A stretch of 64,000 bases of DNA from Pyrinomonadaceae bacterium. Lineage in GTDB: Bacteria; Acidobacteriota; Blastocatellia; Pyrinomonadales; Pyrinomonadaceae. Under the pieces are notes generated by a model that ran no database searches, was not told the origin of the DNA, and saw only the letters and a list, made by a program, of their open reading frames with translations. The DNA is taken from positions 1,006,515 to 1,070,514 of the forward strand of contig JAJQRF010000001.1 of NCBI GenBank assembly GCA_021228405.1, given 5' to 3'. Below, piece by piece: positions 8,889-18,037 of this stretch (positions within the stretch are counted from its first letter, which is position 1; the number at the start of each line of letters is the position of its first letter). Made by a program: the position numbers and the translations under genes.

Positions 8889-8889
8889 A

Positions 8890-9723
8890 TCAACTTTCAT
8901 TTTTCTGTGATAATTGCGCCGAAAATTCGACGATCGGCATCAGCAAATCCGTGTCGTAATTCGTTTTTACGCCCTGCAGAACCGCCGTCATCCGCTCCAA
9001 GCCTGCGCCGGTATCCACCGACGGTGCGGGCAAAGGTTTGAGTTCAAAAACGCCTTTTTCCACTTCGCTGCGCTCGAACTGCATAAAGACGAGATTCCAG
9101 ATTTCCATCGTCGTGTCGCCTTCGCCGTTGACCCATTTCGGGTGATTTTTTTCGGGGTTGTCGGGTTCTTCGCCCATATAATAATGGATTTCCGAACACG
9201 GTCCGCACGGTCCCGTGTCGCCCATCTGCCAGAAGTTGTCCTTGCGTCCGAAACCTAAAATGCGTTCGGGTTTCGCGCCGACCTTTTCCCAGAGCGCACG
9301 CGCTTCGTCGTCGGCAGGAACTTCCGCGTCACCTTCAAAAACCGAAAACCACAGACGCGATTCTTCGAGTTTTAATTCATTGACGAGAAAATCCCAAGCA
9401 AAACGAATCGCGTCCTCCTTGAAATAATCGCCGAAACTGAAATTGCCGAGCATTTCAAAAAACGTGTGATGCCGGGCAGTTTTCCCGACTTCATCGAGAT
9501 CGTTGTGCTTTCCGCCCGCGCGGATACATTTTTGCGAACTGACGGCGCGGTTGTAATCGCGTTTTTCCACGCCCGTGAAAACATCCTTGAATTGATTCAT
9601 TCCCGCATTGGTAAAGAGCAAGGTCGGGTCGTTTGCGGGCAAAAGCGGTGATGAATGGACGATCTTGTGTCCGTTGCGTTCAAAATATTCTAAAAATTTA
9701 CGTCTGATTTCGTTTCCGGTCAT
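8890..9723 (-). CDS. alaS: alanine--tRNA ligase, N-terminal fragment (aminoacylation domain)
   Basis: 277 aa starting [22 protein letters not shown], with the class II motifs [23 protein letters not shown] and [13 protein letters not shown]. It ends at a TGA directly at the insertion junction. Confidence 0.85.
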   Translation of the reverse strand: MTGNEIRRKFLEYFERNGHKIVHSSPLLPANDPTLLFTNAGMNQFKDVFTGVEKRDYNRAVSSQKCIRAGGKHNDLDEVGKTARHHTFFEMLGNFSFGDYFKEDAIRFAWDFLVNELKLEESRLWFSVFEGDAEVPADDEARALWEKVGAKPERILGFGRKDNFWQMGDTGPCGPCSEIHYYMGEEPDNPEKNHPKWVNGEGDTTMEIWNLVFMQFERSEVEKGVFELKPLPAPSVDTGAGLERMTAVLQGVKTNYDTDLLMPIVEFSAQLSQKNES

Positions 9724-9895
9724 AAAAGTTAATTAATATAAAGCAAAGTAATAAAGCTCAATTTTATCACACCAACCGAAATAAATAAGAGGCGCAACGG
9801 GCAAAAGCCGGGAAACTATCAGGAAACTATTTCGGCGTTTTACCGATAACCTGCATAGTTAGGAAACTTCAAATTTCAGCAGGGGAAACAAATCA

Positions 9896-11080
9896 ATGGC
9901 AAATGTAACGAGCGTCGGCGGCAATAATAAGGTCGAAACCATTTCTTTCGGCAATTCGGAAACGGTTCAAACAAACACAAAAACAACCACGGAAACCGTC
10001 GGTTTCCTGAGGCAGACCGCTGAAGAAAAAACGCTTTTCAATCAAGCCGATCTGACGAAGGCAAATCTGCAATCGCAGGCGATTCCGCGAATGGATGCAA
10101 CCTCGGAAAGACGGCTTGCGCAAATCAATCCGCAACTTGCAAACCGCATTCGTCTGATGGCGGCTGATCTGCGCGCGCAAGGCATCAACGTGATGGTCAC
10201 TTCGGGTTATCGAAGTTTTGCCGAACAAAACGCGCTCTACGCGCAGGGTCGCACGAAACCCGGCAACATTGTCACGAATGCGCGCGGCGGTCAATCTCTC
10301 CATAATTACGGTTTAGCGGTCGATGTCGTGCCGCTCGGCGCGAACGGTCAGCCGAATTGGAACGTGCCGAACAGCACCTGGCAAAAGATCGGCGCGGCGG
10401 GAAAACGGCAGGGAATGGAGTGGGGCGGCGATTGGACGAGCTTTGTCGACCGTCCGCATTTTCAGATGACGGCGGGCAGAAGCATTTCGTCTTTGCTCAA
10501 TCAATACAACAACAACGGCGGAAATCTGAACGCGATCTGGAACGATGTCAACCGCAGTTATCCGAACGTCGGCGGAACGAGCGTCCCGACCACGCCGACG
10601 ACTCCGACAAATCCGACCACGCCGACCGGAAGTAATTTGCAGTTAAATTCACGCGGCGCGGCGGTCGCACAATTGCAGAAAGATTTATCGAAACTCGGTT
10701 ATCCGCTGACGGCGGACGGCATTTTCGGTGCGAAAACCGATGCCGCCGTCCGCAAATTCCAACGCGATCACGGTTTGACGGCTGACGGCATCGTCGGACC
10801 GAAAACGCGTGCGGCAATCGACCGCGCAAAAACTAACGCTCCGCTTCCCGTTCCGAACGCGCGATTGAGCGAAGGAAGCCGCGGCGAACAGGTCAAACAA
10901 TTGCAAAACGCACTTGTCCGTTTAGGCTTTATGACGCAGGCGCAAATGAACACGGGACCGGGAATTTTCGGTTCGCGCACGGACAACGCGCTTCGTGATT
11001 TCCAACGCAGTAAGGGTTTAACTGCCGACGGAATCTACGGACCGCTGACGCAAGCCGCTCTGCGCCGTGCTTTAAATTAA
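9896..11080 (+). CDS. peptidase M15 family (VanY/D-Ala-D-Ala carboxypeptidase-like peptidoglycan hydrolase) with two C-terminal PG_binding_1 domains; no signal peptide
   Basis: Catalytic core SGYRSFAEQNALYAQGR ... HNYGLAVDV ... DWTSFVDRPHFQ, which is the M15 zinc-ligand architecture. Two repeats of LxxDGIFGxxTxxAxxxFQ. Low-complexity, signal-less N-terminus. Confidence 0.8.
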   Translation: MANVTSVGGNNKVETISFGNSETVQTNTKTTTETVGFLRQTAEEKTLFNQADLTKANLQSQAIPRMDATSERRLAQINPQLANRIRLMAADLRAQGINVMVTSGYRSFAEQNALYAQGRTKPGNIVTNARGGQSLHNYGLAVDVVPLGANGQPNWNVPNSTWQKIGAAGKRQGMEWGGDWTSFVDRPHFQMTAGRSISSLLNQYNNNGGNLNAIWNDVNRSYPNVGGTSVPTTPTTPTNPTTPTGSNLQLNSRGAAVAQLQKDLSKLGYPLTADGIFGAKTDAAVRKFQRDHGLTADGIVGPKTRAAIDRAKTNAPLPVPNARLSEGSRGEQVKQLQNALVRLGFMTQAQMNTGPGIFGSRTDNALRDFQRSKGLTADGIYGPLTQAALRRALN

Positions 11081-11111
11081 GTTCCCATACAAACTCCGAT
11101 ACATTACTTTC

Positions 11112-11161
11112 GGCTTTCAGACTCGTCATTTTTAATGATTCGGTCTGAAAGCCTTTTTTTC
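11112..11161 (+). terminator. rho-independent terminator after the M15 peptidase gene
   Basis: Stem GGCTTTCAGAC ... GTCTGAAAGCC followed by T7. Confidence 0.6.
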
Positions 11162-11219
11162 TTGCAATGTATAATTAAATGGACGCAAAATTATTCCCAA
11201 CCGGCAGTCTAATAAAATT

Positions 11220-11732
11220 ATGAAATGGAAACTTTTAATCGTAACGGCAATTTTTATTTTGAGTTCGCAAATCGTTTTTGCACAGACCGAAAAACAAATC
11301 ACGGCAATTCGCGCAAAAGTCGCGGCGATCAATAAGGGCGCGAAAAATTACACGAAAAAGAATAAAGATGTCGAAGACATTTCGCTCGAAGGCACGGAAG
11401 CGACATTTTATTCGTCGCGTTTGAGCCTGAAAAAAGTGACGGCTAATATGTATGGCGAAACTTATAAAGCGACGGGCGAATTTTATTATGAAAACGGAAA
11501 ACTTATCTTTGCCTTCGTCAAACATAATCAATACGACACGCAGATCGGAATGGCAAAAGCTCCGAAGGTCGTCCGAGTCGAAGAACGCCGCTATTATTTC
11601 GGCGATGACGGTCTGATTCGCTTGCTGGTTGGGAAAAAGGAATTAAAGGCGGGCGATGAAAATTACGACGAACTGAAAGACAGCGCGATCAGCATCGGCG
11701 AAAAATTTCAGGAAGCATTCCGGCAAAAATAA
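11220..11732 (+). CDS. small secreted hypothetical protein (candidate periplasmic immunity partner of the M15 peptidase)
   Basis: 170 aa with a Sec signal peptide MKWKLLIVTAIFILSSQIVFAQ. No recognisable family. Confidence 0.55.
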   Translation: MKWKLLIVTAIFILSSQIVFAQTEKQITAIRAKVAAINKGAKNYTKKNKDVEDISLEGTEATFYSSRLSLKKVTANMYGETYKATGEFYYENGKLIFAFVKHNQYDTQIGMAKAPKVVRVEERRYYFGDDGLIRLLVGKKELKAGDENYDELKDSAISIGEKFQEAFRQK

Positions 11733-11807
11733 AAGCGCGGAAACCGATCTTTATTTTGAACGCAAAGCGGACGAATCAAGCGGATTTGACAGGATTTGTA
11801 TAAATAT

Positions 11808-11850
11808 TAATCCGCATTAATCTGCCCAATCCGCAAAATCTGCGTTCAAA
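11808..11850. repeat. family C palindromic element, half copy
   Basis: TCTGCCCAATCCGCAAAATCTGCGTTCAAAATT matches the right arm of family C. Confidence 0.5.
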
Positions 11851-11874
11851 ATTCACCTGATTCGGCAGTAAACT

Positions 11875-12966
11875 TTAAATGCTTGAAATCGGCTGATTAA
11901 CTAAATTCGGTTGAAAGCCCGACAACCCGCTCGTGCCGTCAAACTGAGGTTTCCCGTCATTTCTGCTTTCCAGAATCTCGGCATCGAGCGGATAATTCCT
12001 GGTCGGCGTAAATTTCAATTTCGGAATTCCGATAATGAAATTGAGGTAATACAACATTTTGGTAAAAAAGAAGAAGAGAGTTTTTTTAACGCTTCCCTTT
12101 TTGATCCTGATGATAACAAAGCCGAGAAAAAACACGTAAAAAGCCGCGATCCGTGAAACCGAAGACTTCGGAATCAGCAAAGTTCCTAAGATCAAAGCCA
12201 GCCAGACGGCAAAGGAAATCGCGGTCGGCATCCGAAGTTTGCAAAATTCAAAACCGTAGCCGTTTTTGAAGGCGTAACCGACCGTTCGCGTCGTGCCGCC
12301 GAATCTGCCCGAAAACAAACTGCGCGAAAGATGCGTGAAAATGCTTTTTCCGCTCAAATCTTCGGTGCAGCGCGTATGAACCGCCATCGGAAGCGGGAGC
12401 ATTTGCAACTTCCAATTCGCCCGCGTCAAACGCAATCCGATGTCGGCTTCCTCTTCCGCAAGCAGATACGGATTGAACGAACCGACTTCTAAAATCGCTT
12501 TGCGCCGATAAAAACAACAGCCGCCGCGCATCCATTTTATATCGGTGACGACATCGAACCGCTCTTCAAAACTCAATAATTCGTCCGTGCCTTCCGTCGA
12601 ATCATCCAGAAATCCGCAAACTCCGGCAAGCTTTTCATTTGACTGAAAGGCGGCAAGCGCGGGCGCGAGAAAACCTTCGTAAACCAACGTGTCGGCATCG
12701 ATAAAAAGAATGAATTCGCCCTTTGCGTAATGCGTTCCGAGATGCCGTCCCGCCGAAGCCGAAAGCTCCCAATCCGCCTTCAAACGCAAAACCTTTGCGT
12801 CCATTTCAAGCGCGATTTCCGCAGTTTTATCGGTCGAAGCCGAATCCGCCACGATCATTTCTGCGCCGCCGATCTCGACCGCGGCTTCATAAGCCGCTTT
12901 CAAACATTCGGCAATCTTCGCTTCTTCGTTTCGTGCAACAATTACGATCGAAACATTTGAGTTCAT
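11875..12966 (-). CDS. glycosyltransferase family 2
   Basis: N-terminal GT-A fold (IVIVARNEE...ADSASTD...FIDADT) with C-terminal TM helices. Confidence 0.85.
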   Translation of the reverse strand: MNSNVSIVIVARNEEAKIAECLKAAYEAAVEIGGAEMIVADSASTDKTAEIALEMDAKVLRLKADWELSASAGRHLGTHYAKGEFILFIDADTLVYEGFLAPALAAFQSNEKLAGVCGFLDDSTEGTDELLSFEERFDVVTDIKWMRGGCCFYRRKAILEVGSFNPYLLAEEEADIGLRLTRANWKLQMLPLPMAVHTRCTEDLSGKSIFTHLSRSLFSGRFGGTTRTVGYAFKNGYGFEFCKLRMPTAISFAVWLALILGTLLIPKSSVSRIAAFYVFFLGFVIIRIKKGSVKKTLFFFFTKMLYYLNFIIGIPKLKFTPTRNYPLDAEILESRNDGKPQFDGTSGLSGFQPNLVNQPISSI

Positions 12967-13023
12967 AAAATTCAGTAAGTTTATTTATCCAGGTTCGTTA
13001 GTGGATAATTTTCTTGAATTAAG

Positions 13024-14484
13024 CTATCTTCCCGCAAAACGATTCAACACGTTTCTCGTCACCTGTTGCGCAATCGGATTGACCAGATTCGGCAAGCTGA
13101 ATTTCGTGTTGTAGCTGTCCAAACCGTTTACCCAGGTGATCGTTCCGGCTGAAAAAACGCTCGCGCCCGAAGGTGCCGTGTAAATCGTCATATCCGAATA
13201 TCCGGTGCCGAGTTCCGCACTCGTCACGGGCGAATGCGCCAATCGAACGATATTTGACGGACTGTTTGCCGTGATCCGGTCGTATTCGACACCGACCAGC
13301 CCGGGCAAACGCGTTCCGGCAACTGCGCCGGTTCCCGCAAAAACCCAGTGATTCGGATTTTCGATCACGATGTCGCCCTGCGCGTCGTAATCCTGATATT
13401 CAACGCCCATCAATTTTCCTTCGGGCAAATTGACGATCGGGTCTTTGAACATCACCGTCGTATAGGGACGATTTGCGGCGGTCGCATAATACGGATCGAG
13501 TGCCGCGCTCTTGTAGCAAGTCATTATCGGATTCGGCGTGTAAGTGCTTGATTCAAAGCGAACTTGCCAGAAAGCACAGTTTGCCGCGAAAAATGCCATA
13601 TTGACGCGTTTTGTCAAAGCCGTGTCAACATTTACACGCATTTGACGCGTCCAGTATTCGTCGTGTCCGGCGACGATAAATGTTTTGTAAAGCGGCAAAA
13701 GATTCGGGTTCGTATGCGTTTCGTAATCGGAAACATAATTTACATCAAAGCCTTCGCGTTCGAGAAAACGAAGCATACAAATTTCCCACGCGATCAGATA
13801 GCCCGCTCCCCAACCCTGCGCGAGCGGACGATTGAACGAAACTTTGTAAGCGCGTTTGTTCGATGTGCTGTTGAAATCGTAAAGCGATTTACCGCCGAAA
13901 TTGTTATAAGCCTGCCACGTCGTAAACGGAATCTGAAACAAATAATCCGCGCGTCTTTCGTCGTAAACGACAAACGGAATATAAGACTGCGTGCCCGTGT
14001 TCGATGCCGTCAGGCGAACGACATAAAGCCCGTTCGTCCAAGTTGTCGGAATGTCCAAACTTCCGATCGAAGTCCAATTGCAATTAACCAATCCGGTCGT
14101 CGCATTCGGTGTCGGAACGGTTTGTTTTTTGCCCGGAAACGTGTAAACGTCCGTGTATCGGCAACCGCCCAAACCGCCATACCAGCCGAGCCGGAAAACT
14201 TCCGCATAAAATTGCGGTTCAGCGGTGCTCACATAAAAAGCAATGCTCGAACCTTTTTTTACCGCCATCTTCGAGGCATAACCTGAAATTTCGTTGTTCA
14301 TCGACGGATTCCAGATTTCCCAATCCGACGTTCCCTGTTTCTGATTTTCAATCACGATCGGATTGCTTGCCGTTTGTGCACCGGCATTTTTCGGCAGTAA
14401 CAAATCCGCACTTGCCGCCATTCCGATTCCTGCCACAACTTTCGCCGAATCGCCTAAAAATTCGCGCCGCGTTCTCTTCTTCAT
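13024..14484 (-). CDS. Tat-secreted hypothetical protein (possibly dimethylformamidase-beta-subunit-like)
   Basis: 486 aa. Twin-arginine motif RREFLG with an hydrophobic region. Conserved GHDEYW block. Family assignment is uncertain. Confidence 0.55.
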   Translation of the reverse strand: MKKRTRREFLGDSAKVVAGIGMAASADLLLPKNAGAQTASNPIVIENQKQGTSDWEIWNPSMNNEISGYASKMAVKKGSSIAFYVSTAEPQFYAEVFRLGWYGGLGGCRYTDVYTFPGKKQTVPTPNATTGLVNCNWTSIGSLDIPTTWTNGLYVVRLTASNTGTQSYIPFVVYDERRADYLFQIPFTTWQAYNNFGGKSLYDFNSTSNKRAYKVSFNRPLAQGWGAGYLIAWEICMLRFLEREGFDVNYVSDYETHTNPNLLPLYKTFIVAGHDEYWTRQMRVNVDTALTKRVNMAFFAANCAFWQVRFESSTYTPNPIMTCYKSAALDPYYATAANRPYTTVMFKDPIVNLPEGKLMGVEYQDYDAQGDIVIENPNHWVFAGTGAVAGTRLPGLVGVEYDRITANSPSNIVRLAHSPVTSAELGTGYSDMTIYTAPSGASVFSAGTITWVNGLDSYNTKFSLPNLVNPIAQQVTRNVLNRFAGR

Positions 14485-14651
14485 ACTCTTTTTATAAATA
14501 GGTTTAAGCTACTAAATTACTAATCACGCCGATTTTTTATTTTTTTTCAAAATTTCTGAAAAAAAATGCCTTTTCGTCGTTTGTAGCTTTCAAATAAAAA
14601 ATTCCGAAATCTGTGAAAGGCACTTAAAATTCAATATCAAAGTGCGAACTT

Positions 14652-15422
14652 ATGCGTATAGAAAATGAAAACGCGCACAATGTAAATGTGCTGAACGCGT
14701 CGGAGATTGCTTCCGATTTTTTACTCGGAAGCAAAGAAAAACATATATTGACCGCCGAGATCAGAAAAACCGGTCAAAAAGTTTCATTTGCCGACAATCC
14801 CTTGTTGGCGATTCCGCCGAAATATATTTACAACGATGTCGGAAGAAAATTGAAAGCGGGATTTGAACGTTGGATTTACGGCACGCGTGAACTGCGCATT
14901 TACATTTATCCGTTTGCAAATGTTTCGCGACTGCCGAAAATAAGCAAATTCAACAAAAATTCGCTTGAAGACATTTTCCGATACGAACGAACGAGTTTTT
15001 TACAGCCTTCGCGCAGGAATTTTCTTAAATTGGTCGAAAATCGTTTTGAAAAAGGAATGACGGTTTATACCTACGTCGAAGAAAATGCTCTGCAATCTTA
15101 TATTTGGCTCGATCCGAATCCGCAAAGTTATTACGGGAGCGGTGTCGATCAGGAAATCATTGCGTTGCCGAAATCGCTTTACGTGCAGGACGCTTACACA
15201 AATCCGCTGGCACGCGCAAAAGGTTTGGCGCAAGCCGGATTCTGCCAGCTCGCGCACGACGCGGCACAGATCGCCGGAAAAGATTGTTTATATCTGGCAG
15301 TTTTCGGCACAAACGCCGCATCGCGTCACGGCGTGGAAAAACTCGGTTCAACTTTAAAAACAAGCTATTTCTGCAAGACCCGTTTCGGCTTCCGAAAAAC
15401 CTGGAAAATCGAACATCAATAA
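14652..15422 (+). CDS. hypothetical protein with a GNAT-like C-terminal region
   Basis: 256 aa. The C-terminal RAKGLAQAGFCQLAHDAAQIAGKDCLYLAVFGTNAASRHGVEKLG resembles the acetyl-CoA-binding motif of GNAT acetyltransferases. Confidence 0.45.
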   Translation: MRIENENAHNVNVLNASEIASDFLLGSKEKHILTAEIRKTGQKVSFADNPLLAIPPKYIYNDVGRKLKAGFERWIYGTRELRIYIYPFANVSRLPKISKFNKNSLEDIFRYERTSFLQPSRRNFLKLVENRFEKGMTVYTYVEENALQSYIWLDPNPQSYYGSGVDQEIIALPKSLYVQDAYTNPLARAKGLAQAGFCQLAHDAAQIAGKDCLYLAVFGTNAASRHGVEKLGSTLKTSYFCKTRFGFRKTWKIEHQ

Positions 15423-15549
15423 ATGAAGTCCACGCATAAACAAAGGCGGAACAAAGCGGAAGCCCGCGCGCCAGCAAGAGCGGAAAATCATAAGCCAGTC
15501 GTAGCACGAATCGGGCAGATCAAACAGATACGGATTATTTTGTAAAATT

Positions 15550-15592
15550 TATCCGTAAAACCTGCCAAATCCGCCCGTTCTGCGTTCTAAAA
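15550..15592. repeat. family C palindromic element, half copy
   Basis: CCTGCCAAATCCGCCCGTTCTGCGTTCTAAAA matches the right arm of family C. Confidence 0.45.
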
Positions 15593-15598
15593 CTTTTC

Positions 15599-16768
15599 CT
15601 AATCAGCCTTTCTGTTTCTCAGCCAATTTCGTTTTAAATTCTGCAATTTTGCGGCAACTTCACCCGGCAAAAACGTTTTCACCAAATCGCGCAGAAATAT
15701 CCAAAAATCTTCCAAAAGCTGATTCGCCGAAGCGAGAAAGTTCGGACGGTTTAACTTAACCGTGACGAGGTTTTCCTGCGTGTTCGACCAATCGAATTTG
15801 TAATTTTCTTCGCCGCGCAGAAAATCGTAAAGCATATTTCCGCGCTCGATCGCCGCTTTGATCGAAAGCCCGATCAAAACCATTCCGACACTTCGATTTG
15901 CCCAGTCCAGATCATAACCGGCGTTGTAATAATAAAAAACTTTGCCGTTATCAAGCCCGTAAACGCTTGCGCGGCACGCGCCTTCGACCCAAATCTCGTC
16001 AAACCGAACCAGATTTTTTTCGGCTAGTTCTTTGACGACCGCACGATGAAATTTCATCAATTGCGGAAGCCCGGTCGCTTCCGAACCGCCGTCTTTTTCC
16101 CAACGCTTTTCGTGCAAAAACGCAAATCTTTCAAACGCCGCCGGAATCTCCGCTTTTTCCGTCACCGAACAAAACTCGAAATCCGGCATTTTTTCGAGTT
16201 TTTTCAAACGCCGCTTAAAATTATCCTTACGTTTGCTCGCGCTCAAAACGCCTTCCCAACCCGAATTCAAATTTATTTGCGGGCAAACAAAGGAACTTAT
16301 ATTCCTGAAAAGAAAAGATTTATCTCTCTTGCACAGATTTTCTAAAATCGGAACGCTTTCCGAGCTTTGCGCCAGATTTTGCAGATTGACCGAATCGAAA
16401 TCTTTTTCTTCGCGCAGAAATTCAAAAATCCTTTCCCAAATTTCCGCTTTGTTTTCGTCCTCTGCGATCAGATCGAGATGATCTGCACCGCCGATCTCTT
16501 CACCGAGAAAACCGAACTGCCGAAACTTAAATCCGAAAACGCTTTTCGTATGCAGACAAAGCGGCAAAATCCCGATCAGTTTTTCATTTTTATAAGCTTT
16601 CAAAAGATAAATTTCACGATCTTCGGCAAGTTTTTCATACCAAGCCGAAATCCATTCAAAAGACAAAAATGGCGCACAACCTGTTCGCACGAAAAGATTT
16701 GTCCAATCTTCGCGAACTTCCGCAAGTGCATTTTTACCGATGGATTTTTCGAGTTGAATTTGATTCAT
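15599..16768 (-). CDS. FemAB/CelD-like (BioF2-like) GNAT-fold acetyltransferase, of the type associated with PEP-CTERM EPS loci
   Basis: Internal start MNQIQLEK of ORF 15599..16996; the longer form would overlap the upstream gene by about 200 nt. Paralogous to the upstream gene. Confidence 0.7.
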   Translation of the reverse strand: MNQIQLEKSIGKNALAEVREDWTNLFVRTGCAPFLSFEWISAWYEKLAEDREIYLLKAYKNEKLIGILPLCLHTKSVFGFKFRQFGFLGEEIGGADHLDLIAEDENKAEIWERIFEFLREEKDFDSVNLQNLAQSSESVPILENLCKRDKSFLFRNISSFVCPQINLNSGWEGVLSASKRKDNFKRRLKKLEKMPDFEFCSVTEKAEIPAAFERFAFLHEKRWEKDGGSEATGLPQLMKFHRAVVKELAEKNLVRFDEIWVEGACRASVYGLDNGKVFYYYNAGYDLDWANRSVGMVLIGLSIKAAIERGNMLYDFLRGEENYKFDWSNTQENLVTVKLNRPNFLASANQLLEDFWIFLRDLVKTFLPGEVAAKLQNLKRNWLRNRKAD

Positions 16769-16791
16769 TTTAATTGAGTTATCAGTTCTTC

Positions 16792-18000
16792 CTAATTCTT
16801 TTTCAGTAATGATTTCGATTTGAACTTTCTCAGATGACTCACGGCTGAAAATTTCCAAAAATTCAGGGACGAACCGTAAATCCCCTTTTGAAAAATATAA
16901 AAGGCGGCGTGTTCGCGGGTGCCCGAGGCGAAAAGTTTCTTGTTGTAATTCGACGGTGAAAGCATATCCAGTTCGGTCGAATTTTGACGCATACATTCGC
17001 TCAAAACTTCCCTGAAAAGAACATTTCCGGGCGAAAATCTCGCATAATTTTCATCGAAAGACATCTTCCAGCCGATAGTTCGTCTTTCATCAAAACCGAT
17101 GCTCAGATACATTGCGATTGTTTTGCCGTCAAGTTTTAATTCGTGAATAAAAAGCACGTTTTTCGCGGCGCATTCACACGCAAAATCCTCGTGCAGTTTG
17201 GCGATTCGCTCGTCTGAATTTACGTCCGTCCCGGCGCGTGCCTTCCAGCTTTGGGCTTCGAGCGCGAAATATTTTTCGATCAATTCCCTGGAAAAACCGC
17301 GTGTCATACAAAATTCGACTTTGCCCATCTCCTGCAAATGACGCAAGTTTTTGCTCAAAAGCTTGCGCCGATTTTTCGATAGATTTTTGAAATAATTTTC
17401 GACCAGTTCGTTTTTATTCTCGCCTTCGGGAAGCCTTACGAAGGGCGCATCGTCCATTTCCCAAACACCTGTTTTGTAATTTTCCCTTCCGGCGATTTTC
17501 AATAAGTCCGCCAACCAACTCGTTTTATATGTCAGCCGCGTTTCAAAAACATTCCAGCCTTTCTGACGTTTTATTTCCCACCAAAGCGCGTTCAGGATTT
17601 CTTCTTTTTCGCTTTCTTCCGTTGTGTGAATCAGGTCGAAACGCTGTGATTGCAGGTTAAAGATCGAACCGAGTTTTGTGACGGGAAAACCGTGAAGAAA
17701 ATCCTTTTTCTTGACAAGCGGCAAAACGGCTTTCAGTTTTCCGTTTTTTCTGACGGTGACGAGCAGAATTTCCTTCTCGAAATTCTTGACGAAAGCAAGA
17801 AACCATTCGGGACGGAAGAACGGTTCGTTGCTCGCCCCTTCTTCGCACAATCCGATCCATTCGGCGGATAGATTTTCAATGATTTCCAAACCGCCGCTCA
17901 AAGTTTCCGCAGTAAAATTTAACTCTGTGAGAGCGGAGATTTTCGATGTTTCAAGAAGATCGGCGTTAGTTTTTCTAAGTAAAATTACGTTTGAAGTCAT
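16792..18000 (-). CDS. FemAB/CelD-like (BioF2-like) GNAT-fold acetyltransferase, paralog
   Basis: 402 aa, with the same architecture as the downstream gene (tandem paralogs). Confidence 0.7.
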   Translation of the reverse strand: MTSNVILLRKTNADLLETSKISALTELNFTAETLSGGLEIIENLSAEWIGLCEEGASNEPFFRPEWFLAFVKNFEKEILLVTVRKNGKLKAVLPLVKKKDFLHGFPVTKLGSIFNLQSQRFDLIHTTEESEKEEILNALWWEIKRQKGWNVFETRLTYKTSWLADLLKIAGRENYKTGVWEMDDAPFVRLPEGENKNELVENYFKNLSKNRRKLLSKNLRHLQEMGKVEFCMTRGFSRELIEKYFALEAQSWKARAGTDVNSDERIAKLHEDFACECAAKNVLFIHELKLDGKTIAMYLSIGFDERRTIGWKMSFDENYARFSPGNVLFREVLSECMRQNSTELDMLSPSNYNKKLFASGTREHAAFYIFQKGIYGSSLNFWKFSAVSHLRKFKSKSLLKKN

Positions 18001-18037
18001 ACAAAAAAGCCGGGAATTTCAACGTTTAACCCGTCCG

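Larger units (their letters stand above)
8075..8889 (-). mobile_element. IS200/IS605-family element (tnpA only), inserted inside alaS
   Basis: About 815 nt separating the two alaS fragments. It carries tnpA and is flanked by inverted 27-nt repeats, each containing the hairpin GGCAGGTT-N4-AACCTGCC (about 8121-8147 and 8699-8726). A 15-bp palindrome ATCGCCGGCGGCGAT lies near one end. Confidence 0.8.
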
